A stretch of 64,000 nt of DNA, taken from NCBI GenBank assembly GCA_945897315.1, contig CAMDFF010000001.1:106366-170365 (forward strand). The letters run 5' to 3'. This document shows positions 18,371-27,814 of this stretch, piece after piece. The first letter of the stretch is position 1. Each line of letters opens with the position of its first letter. The translations under genes were made by a program, and so were the position numbers. This DNA comes from a candidate division TM6 bacterium UASB124 (GTDB taxonomy: Bacteria > Babelota > Babeliae > Babelales > RVW-14). The notes beneath the pieces were generated by a model. It made no database searches, was not told the origin of the DNA, and saw only the letters and a list, made by a program, of their open reading frames with translations.

Positions 18371-19720
18371 TTAGGTTGGATCTGACGCAAATTTAATAAA
18401 TTTAAGCTCATGCATATTTAGCATGGAGGCGATACGGACATTTTGTAAGAACAGTTTGTCCACGGGTTTTCGAAACTGCTTTATCACCATGGTGAAATTG
18501 TCATCAAGTTTAGATGGGTCGGTGCCCCAGCCGTCAATAATGTCTGGCTGAGCAATACAGATCATTTCATCGTACGACATAACGAGCAGCTTGTGAGGAT
18601 CTGATGCAAGGTCTTCTTGTTCAACAGGGCGTCGCTTAAAGGTAAAGACACCACGTTTGTTACCGTCTTCATCAAGAATATCCCACTGTGTTTCGCTTCG
18701 TCTGATTTTTGTCACTTTATCATTCGAAAGTTTGGCATAGAAGTAGTCAGCTTCTTTGGTGTAGCTGCGTACTAATTTTATATTGTTGCACTCGGTCCCA
18801 CAAATAATCTCATCGCCAAGACCCTTGTTTTTCGCAGTGCTGGCAACTAAGTAGTCCCAACCAGGAGAGTAATAACGGTCTTGTGTTGGATAAAAGGGGT
18901 CTAAGATGGTCACGTTATAAATGCCAAGGCGTAGAAATTGGTATAAGTCAGCGCCGCCAGCAACATAGACAATTTCTTTGTTTTCTTCTGCGGCTGTTTT
19001 AACGGCAGCGAGCGCATTTTTGTGCCAATGTCGCCAGCCTTCCCCAACCAGAGTGCTCCACACCGCAGTATTGATAAAGCGAAGTATTGGATAGTTTTTT
19101 TTATCTTTGTACAGTGATGAATAGTGTTGAAATGTTGCTGGTTGGAAACAAAACTCAACCAAGCGGTTGCCAAGGCTAAAAAGGCGTTTGTTTTCAACGA
19201 GTGGGTCTTTATGCGCAACGAGCAAGCGGATTATCGTTTGCTGCTTGCTAAGGGTGTCTGCAGTAGAAGCTTTTTCTTCGATGCTATTAATAGAAGCGCT
19301 CGTAAGTGTTGATTTGCATAGCTGATCTACAAATGCTTCAGGTGTGTCGTCCAAATTGCGCAAGAGCGATGCAATGGTATCTTTTATTGGATCAATAGCG
19401 GCTCTTGTAATCATAAAGCTATCTTTTGGCATCGTATAAGCAGAGATAAATTGTAAAAACTCATGTGAGCTGTTAACTGACCGAGCACTAGAAAACACAT
19501 GCTCTTTAAAAGCAGTAATAAATGTCTCATCAACGGGGATATCTTTTAGTGAAACATCATTTAAAATACGTTGATCTTTGAGCCAGCGACCAAATACATC
19601 GGTGTAATTTCTTTGATGTGGTTTTAATGCGCCATCGGCATGAGTAGCCGATTTAACATGAGCAGCAGCACTATGTGCCATGCACATGAGTACTGCTATT
19701 AGTAGAACAGAGAGCTTCAT
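18371..19720 (-). CDS. Hypothetical secreted protein, tandem paralogue B
   Basis: Signal peptide MKLSVLLIAVLMCMAHSAAA. Collinear motif blocks with 17011-18342. Confidence 0.6.
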   Translation of the reverse strand: MKLSVLLIAVLMCMAHSAAAHVKSATHADGALKPHQRNYTDVFGRWLKDQRILNDVSLKDIPVDETFITAFKEHVFSSARSVNSSHEFLQFISAYTMPKDSFMITRAAIDPIKDTIASLLRNLDDTPEAFVDQLCKSTLTSASINSIEEKASTADTLSKQQTIIRLLVAHKDPLVENKRLFSLGNRLVEFCFQPATFQHYSSLYKDKKNYPILRFINTAVWSTLVGEGWRHWHKNALAAVKTAAEENKEIVYVAGGADLYQFLRLGIYNVTILDPFYPTQDRYYSPGWDYLVASTAKNKGLGDEIICGTECNNIKLVRSYTKEADYFYAKLSNDKVTKIRRSETQWDILDEDGNKRGVFTFKRRPVEQEDLASDPHKLLVMSYDEMICIAQPDIIDGWGTDPSKLDDNFTMVIKQFRKPVDKLFLQNVRIASMLNMHELKFIKFASDPT

Positions 19721-19816
19721 TCCAAATCCCTTTTTATAAGATTATTGAATCATGTCAGTGAGTGTAATTACTCTTTTTTCTAGCGGGTTCTAGCATCATA
19801 ACTGATCGAGTGTATC

Positions 19817-20635
19817 ATGCTTGTTTTTTTTTCCAATCAGCTCATTTGCATCCGTATCGTAGTGAGCATGTGGTCTGTTTTTATGTTTTTGTTATGTAGT
19901 TTGGAGGCTGACGCAGGAAAAGCGCATTGCGACGCAGTGCGTGTAAGACGACAGCGCGCAGCGTATCACTATGTCCAAGAGGTGCTTGGTCCGCCAGCAG
20001 AGCAGATCGAAGACCAGGGGGCGCTACAAAGCCGTGTATATAATGCTGGCCGCATGGTTGCCTTTGGAGGTCTTAGTGTGCTAGGAGGAGAAGCATTAAT
20101 GTTTGTGATACATAAAACACCATGGGTAAGTAATATCATGGGGGTGCTTGATCGGCGCATAAAAATTTGTCATGACACTATAGCCATAGCAAGTAGCTTA
20201 AGTCGGCACAGAACAGAATTGCGCGATCTATTGCTTGGTCGCAATGAAATGGATCAGGTTCAAAGGCTTGATGGGATGGTTGTCATACCCAACTTCCAAG
20301 ATCACCTGCTTAACTATCTTGCAAAAAAGACAGCTATAGAAAATATTTTTGCATGGGTAAAAAAAGGAGCGACAAGTCTTATTTTTTTTGGTCTTTGTCG
20401 CTATTTCTCTAAAGATGACGCAGCAACATGGACCTATAAAAGCATTTTACAAAAAGTGATAGAGGAATGGCCTGTGCATCAATATTTTTTTCCTAAAGAG
20501 CTCAGGCCAAGATTTATCTTGTTGTATGATGCTTATATTGCTCGTCATAAGACGTTAGTAATGGATGAAGAGGATGCTCAGCAGTTTATCGAATGGACCT
20601 GTTTGGAGGTTATTGATACGCTTATGCTGCTTTAA
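19817..20635 (+). CDS. Hypothetical membrane/exported protein
   Basis: Long ORF with a hydrophobic N-terminus and internal helices. The start is uncertain (alternative ATG at 19868). Confidence 0.45.
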   Translation: MLVFFSNQLICIRIVVSMWSVFMFLLCSLEADAGKAHCDAVRVRRQRAAYHYVQEVLGPPAEQIEDQGALQSRVYNAGRMVAFGGLSVLGGEALMFVIHKTPWVSNIMGVLDRRIKICHDTIAIASSLSRHRTELRDLLLGRNEMDQVQRLDGMVVIPNFQDHLLNYLAKKTAIENIFAWVKKGATSLIFFGLCRYFSKDDAATWTYKSILQKVIEEWPVHQYFFPKELRPRFILLYDAYIARHKTLVMDEEDAQQFIEWTCLEVIDTLMLL

Positions 20636-21900
20636 ACGTCTTCATTTTTGACTTGGTCTTCGGCAAAAATAAGTACTTGTAAAACACGACGCGGAGAGGC
20701 TTGTTGCACTTGAAAGTAATAGCCTTCATACAATACACGCTCTCCCTTTTTAGGCAGATGCTGTAGCTTTTCGCCTAAGAAACCACCAATAGAGATAGAG
20801 TTATCAGCCATCATTTGGATGCCCAGCAAGTCCTCAATTTTTTCAAGGCTTGCGGTACCATCAACGATCCAGCCGCCTTGCTCAAGGGGAACGATATCAG
20901 CAACCGTTTTTTCATGCTCATCAACAATTTCACCAACAATCTCTTCGATAATATCTTCCAAGGTGACCAAGCCAGCAATGCTGCCGTACTCATTAAGAAT
21001 GATAGCCATATGAATATGCTTTTTGAGTAGTTCACTCAATAGCTGATTAATTTTTTGTGTTTCAGGAATAAACATAACTGGTCTTACCAACTCACGCAGG
21101 GTTTTGACCTCTTTTTTATAGAGCAGGTCAAAAATATCTTTTTGGTGTACAACACCGATGATATTGTCGTCATCATCTTCATAAATTGGTAGGCGTGAGT
21201 AGCGGGAGCTTGCAAAGATATCCATTGCTTGCTCAAGAGTGGAGCCAACATTGAGAAGTGTCATATCAGCTTTTGGAATCATAATTTCACGAACGACGGT
21301 TTGTCCGAGGCTGAAAATGTTTTGCAGCATTTCAGTCTTCTCTGACTCCATAAGGCCTTTTTCATCACTATAGTCAATTAAAAACTCGATCTCTTTCTCG
21401 GAAACAACATCGTGCTTATCAAGTACATGTTGCCCGCCAACCTTGGAAAAAAATTTATCGGCAATCTTGAGCAGAATGGTGACGAATGGGTATTCGAGGT
21501 GGTACAGCAGATTGATCAACCATAAGAATGAGCCGAATAGGCGCTCGTGGTGTGTTTTAGCAAAACTTTTTGGGATTATTTCGCCAAATATTAGGATCAT
21601 AATAGTTGCAAGCCCTACGCCAATAGCGAGGCCAAATGTACCGAGATAGTATTCCATTGCGCTTGAAATAAGTACTGATGCTAAAACGTGAGCCAGGTTG
21701 TTTGCAATTAAAATAGTAATCAGGATGCGCTGTGGGTTTTTTTCCCAAGAATCAAATAGGCTGCGGTATTTCGAGACGGAAAGGGCTAACTCTTTAAGCT
21801 TAAAAAGACGCAAAGCAGTGAAAGCTGTTTCTAAGAAAGCAAAAAGGGCTGCGAAAAATAGAGCTATAATAAATAGCATAATTTGTACTAAAAGAGACAT
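20632..21900 (-). CDS. CNNM/HlyC/CorC-family transporter (DUF21 + CBS pair + CorC_HlyC)
   Basis: Four N-terminal TM helices, the GEIIPKS motif, a CBS pair and the C-terminal YYFQV...RRV transporter-associated domain. Confidence 0.85.
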   Translation of the reverse strand: MSLLVQIMLFIIALFFAALFAFLETAFTALRLFKLKELALSVSKYRSLFDSWEKNPQRILITILIANNLAHVLASVLISSAMEYYLGTFGLAIGVGLATIMILIFGEIIPKSFAKTHHERLFGSFLWLINLLYHLEYPFVTILLKIADKFFSKVGGQHVLDKHDVVSEKEIEFLIDYSDEKGLMESEKTEMLQNIFSLGQTVVREIMIPKADMTLLNVGSTLEQAMDIFASSRYSRLPIYEDDDDNIIGVVHQKDIFDLLYKKEVKTLRELVRPVMFIPETQKINQLLSELLKKHIHMAIILNEYGSIAGLVTLEDIIEEIVGEIVDEHEKTVADIVPLEQGGWIVDGTASLEKIEDLLGIQMMADNSISIGGFLGEKLQHLPKKGERVLYEGYYFQVQQASPRRVLQVLIFAEDQVKNEDV

Positions 21901-22047
21901 GAAAACAACTCCTTAAATCTATTGGCCTGCTCTGTTTTAGCGCTGTCAAAGGACGATGCCTGCAGCGTGGGAAAGAGTAGGATTGTAAATAGCATTAATA
22001 ATTTTATAAAACAGCGATAAATATGTTTTAGTTAGGCAGGGCCTTGA

Positions 22048-23637
22048 TCATACGTTCATGTTTAACAACTGTTTTTTATTAATTTTACCTGTTGCGTTCA
22101 TTGGTAAGTCATCAAGGCAGATGATTTTACGTGGTACTTTGTACGTTGCAAGGTTGTGTGCACAGAGTTTACGCAATACTTGCTCCATATTTGGTTCGCG
22201 GTTTCTAACGGCTACAAAAGCAACGGGGACCTGCCCTGTCATGTCTTCCTCCTGTCCTACCACAGCGGCTTTAAAAACTGCCGGGTGCATCATGAGAACA
22301 TTTTCTATTTCGGCTGGATAAATATTAAATCCTTTGTGGATTATTATATCTTTAGTGCGCCCGCGTATAGCAAGATTTCCGTGTAAGTCGATTGAAGCTA
22401 GATCGCCAGTATTAAGCCAGTTATTCTGTAAAATAACAGCAGTGGCATCGGCGGCATTATAGTAGCCCATCATGATATTATCACCTTTAATCCATAATTC
22501 GCCAATGCTATCTATGGGTAATTCATTGCCCGTTTCATCACGTATTTGAATAGTAATGCCGATAGCAGTTTTGCCTACAACATAGGTAGCGGCAGTATTG
22601 TTTTCTAGGTTGAAAGCTACAACAGGAGAGGCTTCAGAGAGGCCATAGCCGGTACAAATTTTTCTACCATAGATCACAGAAAAGGCTGCTCTAATTTTAT
22701 CGGGAAGCATATCCGCACCAGAGATGAATAATTTTACCGAACTGAGTGGTGCTGTTTTCATGAGACAAAGAAGGCCGTATAGCGGAGGCACTCCGAAAAA
22801 AAGAGTAGGTTTTTCTTTGAGCCCGTCAAGAATGAGAGTGCGATCAATTTTTTGCACCAAGATAACAGAAGCCCCAATAAGCAGGGGGAGCCAGAGACAT
22901 GTATTTTGAGCAAAAACATGAAAGAGTGGGAGCACGCAAAAAAAACGTTCATCTTTCCCAAGCCCAATAGAGGCAAGGCGCGTGAAGCATTGCATGACGT
23001 TTGTCATAATATTGCGAGACGACAGCATGACTCCTTTTGGTGCGCCAGTAGTGCCAGAAGTGTAAAGCAACGCGCATAATTCTTCAGCAGCAAGGTCTTG
23101 CAATATTATATCGTGGCATGCAGCTTCAGGATTTTCTGGTACTGGTGTTTGCCAGTCGAAATCGCTATCTGTAAGAACAACAGGAGTTGATCCTCTGGAG
23201 AGAAATATAGCGTCAGTAATAGGTTTTAGCGCTGTTGAAACAATGAGTGCTTTTGGTGTTGCATCGTCAATAATAAATGCTAACTCACGCTCATGTAAAA
23301 ACGTGTTAACAGGGACGCAGACAGCGCCAATTTGCCAGGCTCCAAAATAAGCTATATAAAATGCAGGAGCATTTTCATACAAAATCATTACTCGGTCGTG
23401 TTTTTTTACACCAAGCTCGAGTAGCTTTCTGCTCATCAAGAGCGCCCGGAAATATAAATCTTTGTAGGTAAGTCGTTGGCTAGGAGTAATAAGAGCTAGA
23501 TTGTTTTGATACAGCCTGTAGGCCCGCTGTAGGAGGCGACCAGCAAAGAGTGGGATGTCATGAGGGCTACAATTTTTTTTTATTTCATCAAACAAGGCTT
23601 GTTCAGACAACCCCATAAAGGACTTTCGGAATGGCAT
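22048..23637 (-). CDS. AMP-dependent acyl-CoA ligase (long-chain fatty-acid-CoA ligase-like)
   Basis: Motifs LLYTSGTTGAPKGV, TGYGLSE, GDLASID and a C-terminal GKINKK. Confidence 0.85.
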   Translation of the reverse strand: MPFRKSFMGLSEQALFDEIKKNCSPHDIPLFAGRLLQRAYRLYQNNLALITPSQRLTYKDLYFRALLMSRKLLELGVKKHDRVMILYENAPAFYIAYFGAWQIGAVCVPVNTFLHERELAFIIDDATPKALIVSTALKPITDAIFLSRGSTPVVLTDSDFDWQTPVPENPEAACHDIILQDLAAEELCALLYTSGTTGAPKGVMLSSRNIMTNVMQCFTRLASIGLGKDERFFCVLPLFHVFAQNTCLWLPLLIGASVILVQKIDRTLILDGLKEKPTLFFGVPPLYGLLCLMKTAPLSSVKLFISGADMLPDKIRAAFSVIYGRKICTGYGLSEASPVVAFNLENNTAATYVVGKTAIGITIQIRDETGNELPIDSIGELWIKGDNIMMGYYNAADATAVILQNNWLNTGDLASIDLHGNLAIRGRTKDIIIHKGFNIYPAEIENVLMMHPAVFKAAVVGQEEDMTGQVPVAFVAVRNREPNMEQVLRKLCAHNLATYKVPRKIICLDDLPMNATGKINKKQLLNMNV

Positions 23638-23840
23638 TAATCTTCATCTTCGACTTGTATAACCGACACGGGACACAGGTCAGCTGCTTCACGTACAAGC
23701 TCGTGATGAGCTTGTACGTCAGCATTTGGTAATACTTCAGCAGTTGCTTTGACTAGAAACACTTTGGGGCATACTGCCTCACAAGTGCCGCAAGAAATGC
23801 ACCCTGGTTGTATTTGTACACGCTTAATTTTTTTGCACAT
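23637..23840 (-). CDS. Small single-cluster ferredoxin
   Basis: 67 aa with CISCGTCEAVCP ... LCP. Its stop overlaps the ligase ATG (TAATG). Confidence 0.75.
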   Translation of the reverse strand: MCKKIKRVQIQPGCISCGTCEAVCPKVFLVKATAEVLPNADVQAHHELVREAADLCPVSVIQVEDED

Positions 23841-23859
23841 ATAAGCTTAAAAAATTAGG

Positions 23860-24633
23860 TTAGTGTTGAGTTTTGTCATCAGCTTTATCAAGCAATGACT
23901 CTTCATAATCTTTGAGATTGCCAAAGATATCAGCGCCTTCAGATGAGCCACAGCCTTTGCCGCTGCCGCAACCGTTGCAACCGCCACAAGAGCCACCGCC
24001 AGCTTCACCATCTTCAGTGTCGCTGCCACAGCCACCACCGGTGCTGCAACAACCGTCTGCTTCTTCATCTTCTGTTCCGCAATCTTCATCTTCACATTCT
24101 TCATCGTCGCAACAGTTTTCTTCGTCTTCATCAAGATCGCCATCGTCTTGAATTGCAAGGATAGACTCAAGGTATTCAGCAACTTCTTCAGCGCTGCCTT
24201 CATTGATTGCGTCTTTGATGTCGTTGATCATAGCAACCAAGCTTTGCTTGGATGATTCTGATTCAGCTGCAACTTCTTCTTTAAATATATCTGTGTCTGT
24301 TACTTCAGCATCTTCGTCAATGATCATAGCGAGTAGCTCACGTGCTTGTGCAGGATTGCCTAGCGCTGAAACTTTTGTAAGAGCATCAAGCTGTTCCGTT
24401 AAGAACTCAATATCAATAGTAGCATCTTCATTGATACGTGCAGATTGTGCTTCAATAAGTTGAGCTACACGTTCAAGTGCTTCAGCATCTGCTGATCCCA
24501 TTGGGTGTTCTGCAATGCGCGCTTTAACTGCTTTAAGCAAGTCGTCAAACATTGAGCCGCACTCAGCAAGCGCTTCTTTTTGAGAATCGAGGAGGAATGA
24601 TGTTTGTTCAATAATCGTTTGGAGTCTGCTCAC
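23860..24633 (-). CDS. Highly acidic protein with Cys/Gly-rich C-terminal tail (unknown function)
   Basis: Long ORF. The GTG at 24633 is preceded by AAAGG; the ORF track extends to a TTG at 24690. Tail sequence: NCCDDEECEDEDCGTEDEEADGCCSTGGGCGSDTEDGEAGGGSCGGCNGCGSGKGCGSS. Confidence 0.55.
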   Translation of the reverse strand: MSRLQTIIEQTSFLLDSQKEALAECGSMFDDLLKAVKARIAEHPMGSADAEALERVAQLIEAQSARINEDATIDIEFLTEQLDALTKVSALGNPAQARELLAMIIDEDAEVTDTDIFKEEVAAESESSKQSLVAMINDIKDAINEGSAEEVAEYLESILAIQDDGDLDEDEENCCDDEECEDEDCGTEDEEADGCCSTGGGCGSDTEDGEAGGGSCGGCNGCGSGKGCGSSEGADIFGNLKDYEESLLDKADDKTQH

Positions 24634-24822
24634 GGGCGACCTTTCATAATAGTAATCAGTGACGTTATGCGAAGAAAAAGCAACGAACAATTAGTTTACC
24701 TATTTTTTAGATTTACGCGAGAGGGGGGTCCTAAAATACCCGTATTTAGCTAAGTATTGCCTGAAAATGGTCTTTTAACCTACGGTAGCAGTGTTTAATG
24801 TGCTATTTTTAATAGGAGTCAT

Positions 24823-26727
24823 ATGTTTAAATTCAGTTTGATGCTAGCTTTGCTGCTGGCTGTTCCGTTTTCTTTGCAGGCTCCAGCGCCAAAAACTGCT
24901 CCGAGTAGTAAAATTAAAAAGCCAGCAGGGCTGCAATCTTTACCAAAACCAATAAATAAACCTGGGCTACCACCAGCTTTTCCTGTGCCTCCATCACCTC
25001 CTATTATGTCAAATGCATCAGTTGGTGGGGCAAATCTTGCTTTGCCTCCGAGCACAGAGAGCCCAGCTGATTCAGCGCAGCTAACCAAACAAGCACAAAA
25101 AGCAAAGATTGGTTGGGCAGCGTATATGCAGTCAGACAATAATTTATGGGCATTTGCGCAACAAAATGTTGCTCAAATGGTTGCGGCAACATTTGGGCCG
25201 GACGTAGCGTGCTTTATTGAATGGGACAAGCCAACCGATAATGAAACATGGCGGCTGCAAATTGTTGCGAATAATATTGTTGATGCTGGAAGCTTTATTG
25301 GCGCGCATGACCTTGGTTATGATCCTCGTCTTGAGCTAATTGATATGTTTAGTTGGTTTAAGAATTCGGTTGAAGCGCCCGTAGTTATCTTTGATTTGTG
25401 GAATCATGGTAGCGGTGTCATTGATCCAACATGGTCGGGAGGCAGGGAAGTGAAAGGCAAGGGGGTTGATCTTCGTGCCTCGGTAGCATTGTCAGTTGCC
25501 CATAAGCAGATTGCTAATTTTTCACCTCCTGCAAGAGATCGCAGGGGGCGGAAGCGTGACAGGAGCAAAAAAATTGCTACGCAAAAAAATGTTACGTACC
25601 CGCTTGTATCAATTCCAGGCAAGGAGAATCAGTGGCCGTCAACGAGCGATAAAAGTATTCAGAAGGGCATTTTGTTTGATGATACGCAGAATACGTATCT
25701 TACGACAGAGGGAATGAAAAAAGCTTTTGCCTCAATGAAAAGCATGCTAGGAAGGCCTCTTGATATTATTCTCTTTGATGCGTGTTTGATGTCGATGATT
25801 GAGGTTGTTTATCAGCTTAATGGGCTTGCAACCTTTATAGTAGCTTCAGAAAATACTGTGCCAGGTAATGGGTTGCCGTATAATACTATTTTTGACTGGC
25901 TTGGCAGTAATAGCAATGCTAGTGCCAGAGATATTGCTAAACAAATAGTGATCTTGTCTGGGGAATATTATAATGTTGAGGGCTCTCATGAAAGACGAAC
26001 AACCTTTGCCGTGACTGATGTGGCTGCAATGGACCCTGTTGTTGCTAATTTAAAACGTTTAGTTTCAGCGATTAATTCATGTAATCAAACAAATCGAGCA
26101 AAAACCTATGCAGCAATAAAAAAAGCACGTATGGAGATGCTCAGTATTAATGATTTTACATTCGATGTGCCGATGTATGTTGATTTAAAAGAATTTTATA
26201 ATCAAATTATTGCCTCGTTTAAGTCTCTTGCTCCGGTGTCAGATCCAGTGCTTGTTCCCATTCCTCCAATCGCATCTCCTGCAGTGCCCGACACAGATAA
26301 AACTATAGTTAATGAGCCATCTATTCAATCACCTGCAACAGATCAAGCTGTTGGCGATGGGATAACTATAACTAAAGCGATTACGGTGAAAAAGCCAATA
26401 CCTAAACAAGCAAAAAAGACAGCATCTAAGACCGCTAAAAAACAAAATACTGGTGCTGTGCAAAAATCAGTGAGTGTGTCGCCACCCTTAGTGCCTCCTG
26501 CCAATCTTGACTGCTCGACACAAGCGCAAGCGGTTATTGATATTGCGACAACAGGCTTGAATCTGTTGAGTGAGGCAATTATTATGAAAGCCATTGGGCC
26601 AGATTTGCCTGATGCCTGTGGTATGACGATTTATTACCCGCAAGAAGGACCAATTGACGCATTGTATCCAAATACCGATTTTGCAAAAAAAACCGGATGG
26701 GATACATTTATTACGAAGTATTTTTAA
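24823..26727 (+). CDS. Clostripain-like (peptidase C11 family) cysteine protease, exported, with Pro-rich regions
   Basis: Signal peptide, AAYMQSDNNL, a His motif LWNHGSGV and a Cys motif ILFDACLMS. RBS AGGAG. Confidence 0.7.
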   Translation: MFKFSLMLALLLAVPFSLQAPAPKTAPSSKIKKPAGLQSLPKPINKPGLPPAFPVPPSPPIMSNASVGGANLALPPSTESPADSAQLTKQAQKAKIGWAAYMQSDNNLWAFAQQNVAQMVAATFGPDVACFIEWDKPTDNETWRLQIVANNIVDAGSFIGAHDLGYDPRLELIDMFSWFKNSVEAPVVIFDLWNHGSGVIDPTWSGGREVKGKGVDLRASVALSVAHKQIANFSPPARDRRGRKRDRSKKIATQKNVTYPLVSIPGKENQWPSTSDKSIQKGILFDDTQNTYLTTEGMKKAFASMKSMLGRPLDIILFDACLMSMIEVVYQLNGLATFIVASENTVPGNGLPYNTIFDWLGSNSNASARDIAKQIVILSGEYYNVEGSHERRTTFAVTDVAAMDPVVANLKRLVSAINSCNQTNRAKTYAAIKKARMEMLSINDFTFDVPMYVDLKEFYNQIIASFKSLAPVSDPVLVPIPPIASPAVPDTDKTIVNEPSIQSPATDQAVGDGITITKAITVKKPIPKQAKKTASKTAKKQNTGAVQKSVSVSPPLVPPANLDCSTQAQAVIDIATTGLNLLSEAIIMKAIGPDLPDACGMTIYYPQEGPIDALYPNTDFAKKTGWDTFITKYF

Positions 26728-26750
26728 TATTATAAAATTGCTTGATGACC

Positions 26751-26795
26751 TGCCCATGGACGCTACATAACCTGTTCGTTCGTGGGCATTTTTTT
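26751..26795 (+). terminator. Rho-independent terminator
   Basis: TGCCCATGGACG...CGTTCGTGGGCA followed by T7. Confidence 0.6.
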
Positions 26796-26885
26796 ATAGT
26801 ACAACAACGTTTTTCCTGTATTATTGTGAAACTGTAAAATTTATACTCGTGTTTTATTCTATGAAAACACCAAACAATAATGTGA

Positions 26886-27704
26886 ATGAGACTTTTTATG
26901 CGTTTGCACCGTGCCGCAATGACAGCGTTTGTTTTCTGCAATATTAATTTTTTATGTGAATCGGCATGCCCGTCGGGCTCTGGTAGTAGTACCTCAGGAG
27001 GGCCCGTAAATATTCTTACTCGAATAGTTGCCCGCCAGATTGGGCTGATGGGCGAGATACAGAGTCTTCAACAAGGACAAAAAAAATATCTCCGTGCACA
27101 CCCTCAGGTGGCTGCTACAATAGCACCATGGCTGGACGATAGTTGGTTGTGCTGCAAGCCAGAGGGTCACGGTTCTATGCTGAGTCATCCGGAGCTTGCC
27201 CACACCGTTAAAAGCATCACATTGTGGGTTGATGATCAGATCTTACCAGATTCATTAAGAATGTATTCCAGTATTGCTGAGCTTGATCTGCGAGAACCAC
27301 TAGGGGTGCGAAACGATGCTCTGTCGGATGCTTATGTTGCTCTCTGGCCGCGACTGAGAAAGCTCACTGTGCATCAAGGGTTTGTTTTCCCTGTTGTTTT
27401 GCCAGAGTTACTACAAGAGCTAGTCTTGCAGGATTGTGCTCTTCTTGAGCTGCCTGCCGGTCTATTTTCTTTAAAACATGTAACAAAATTGGTGCTGCGC
27501 TTGAATCCAGGTATTATACTGCCGGAGAGTTTGCCCTTTCCGGATCTTGAAATTCTTGATCTCGCGCATTGTGGTCTGACTCTTGTGCCACCCTGTCTTG
27601 CAATGCTTCCCAATTTGAAAAAAGTTCACCTTGGCGGCAACCATGCAATTGTCCGGCAAGACATTCGCAATGCGCGTGGTAAGCTCGTTGAAGTTCTGTG
27701 GTAG
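26886..27704 (+). CDS. Leucine-rich-repeat protein
   Basis: Repeated LxxLxLxxN/CxL units (LRKLTVHQG, LQELVLQDCALLELPAGL, VTKLVLRLN, LEILDLAHCGLTLVP, LKKVHLGGN). Confidence 0.65.
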   Translation: MRLFMRLHRAAMTAFVFCNINFLCESACPSGSGSSTSGGPVNILTRIVARQIGLMGEIQSLQQGQKKYLRAHPQVAATIAPWLDDSWLCCKPEGHGSMLSHPELAHTVKSITLWVDDQILPDSLRMYSSIAELDLREPLGVRNDALSDAYVALWPRLRKLTVHQGFVFPVVLPELLQELVLQDCALLELPAGLFSLKHVTKLVLRLNPGIILPESLPFPDLEILDLAHCGLTLVPPCLAMLPNLKKVHLGGNHAIVRQDIRNARGKLVEVLW

Positions 27705-27766
27705 GTAGCTACGTACGCTATAAAATTTAGTTTAATTCTCTGCGTGATACATGATGAGACAGTGTG

Positions 27767-27802
27767 ATGCCCATGAGGCTGTAAAACTCATGGGCATTTT
27801 TG
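27767..27802 (+). terminator. Rho-independent terminator
   Basis: ATGCCCATGAG-9 nt-CTCATGGGCAT followed by TTTTTG. Confidence 0.7.
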
Positions 27803-27814
27803 TGTTCGAATGTA

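Noticed and set aside
17903-18385. 160-aa plus-strand ORF inside paralogue A. Similar long antisense ORFs occur at 1179-1493, 9185-9580, 31064-31483, 33474-33836, 39409-39849, 52942-53268 and 58588-59004.
   Set aside because: Each is fully embedded antisense in a gene with strong motif support, and none has motifs of its own. They are treated as non-coding shadows.
23847-24463. ORFs 23847-24203 (-), 23912-24151 (+), 23943-24164 (+) and 24203-24463 (+).
   Set aside because: All overlap the acidic Cys/Gly-rich gene in other frames. Their translations are low-complexity mirror images (poly-S/P/Q, or A/V/K), with no RBS or independent support.
26751-27802. Similarity between the two terminator stems flanking the LRR gene (TGCCCATGGA... 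and TGCCCATGAG...), considered as possible flanking repeats of another cassette.
   Set aside because: Only about 8 nt are shared, and the rest of each hairpin differs. This is insufficient to claim a repeat family.
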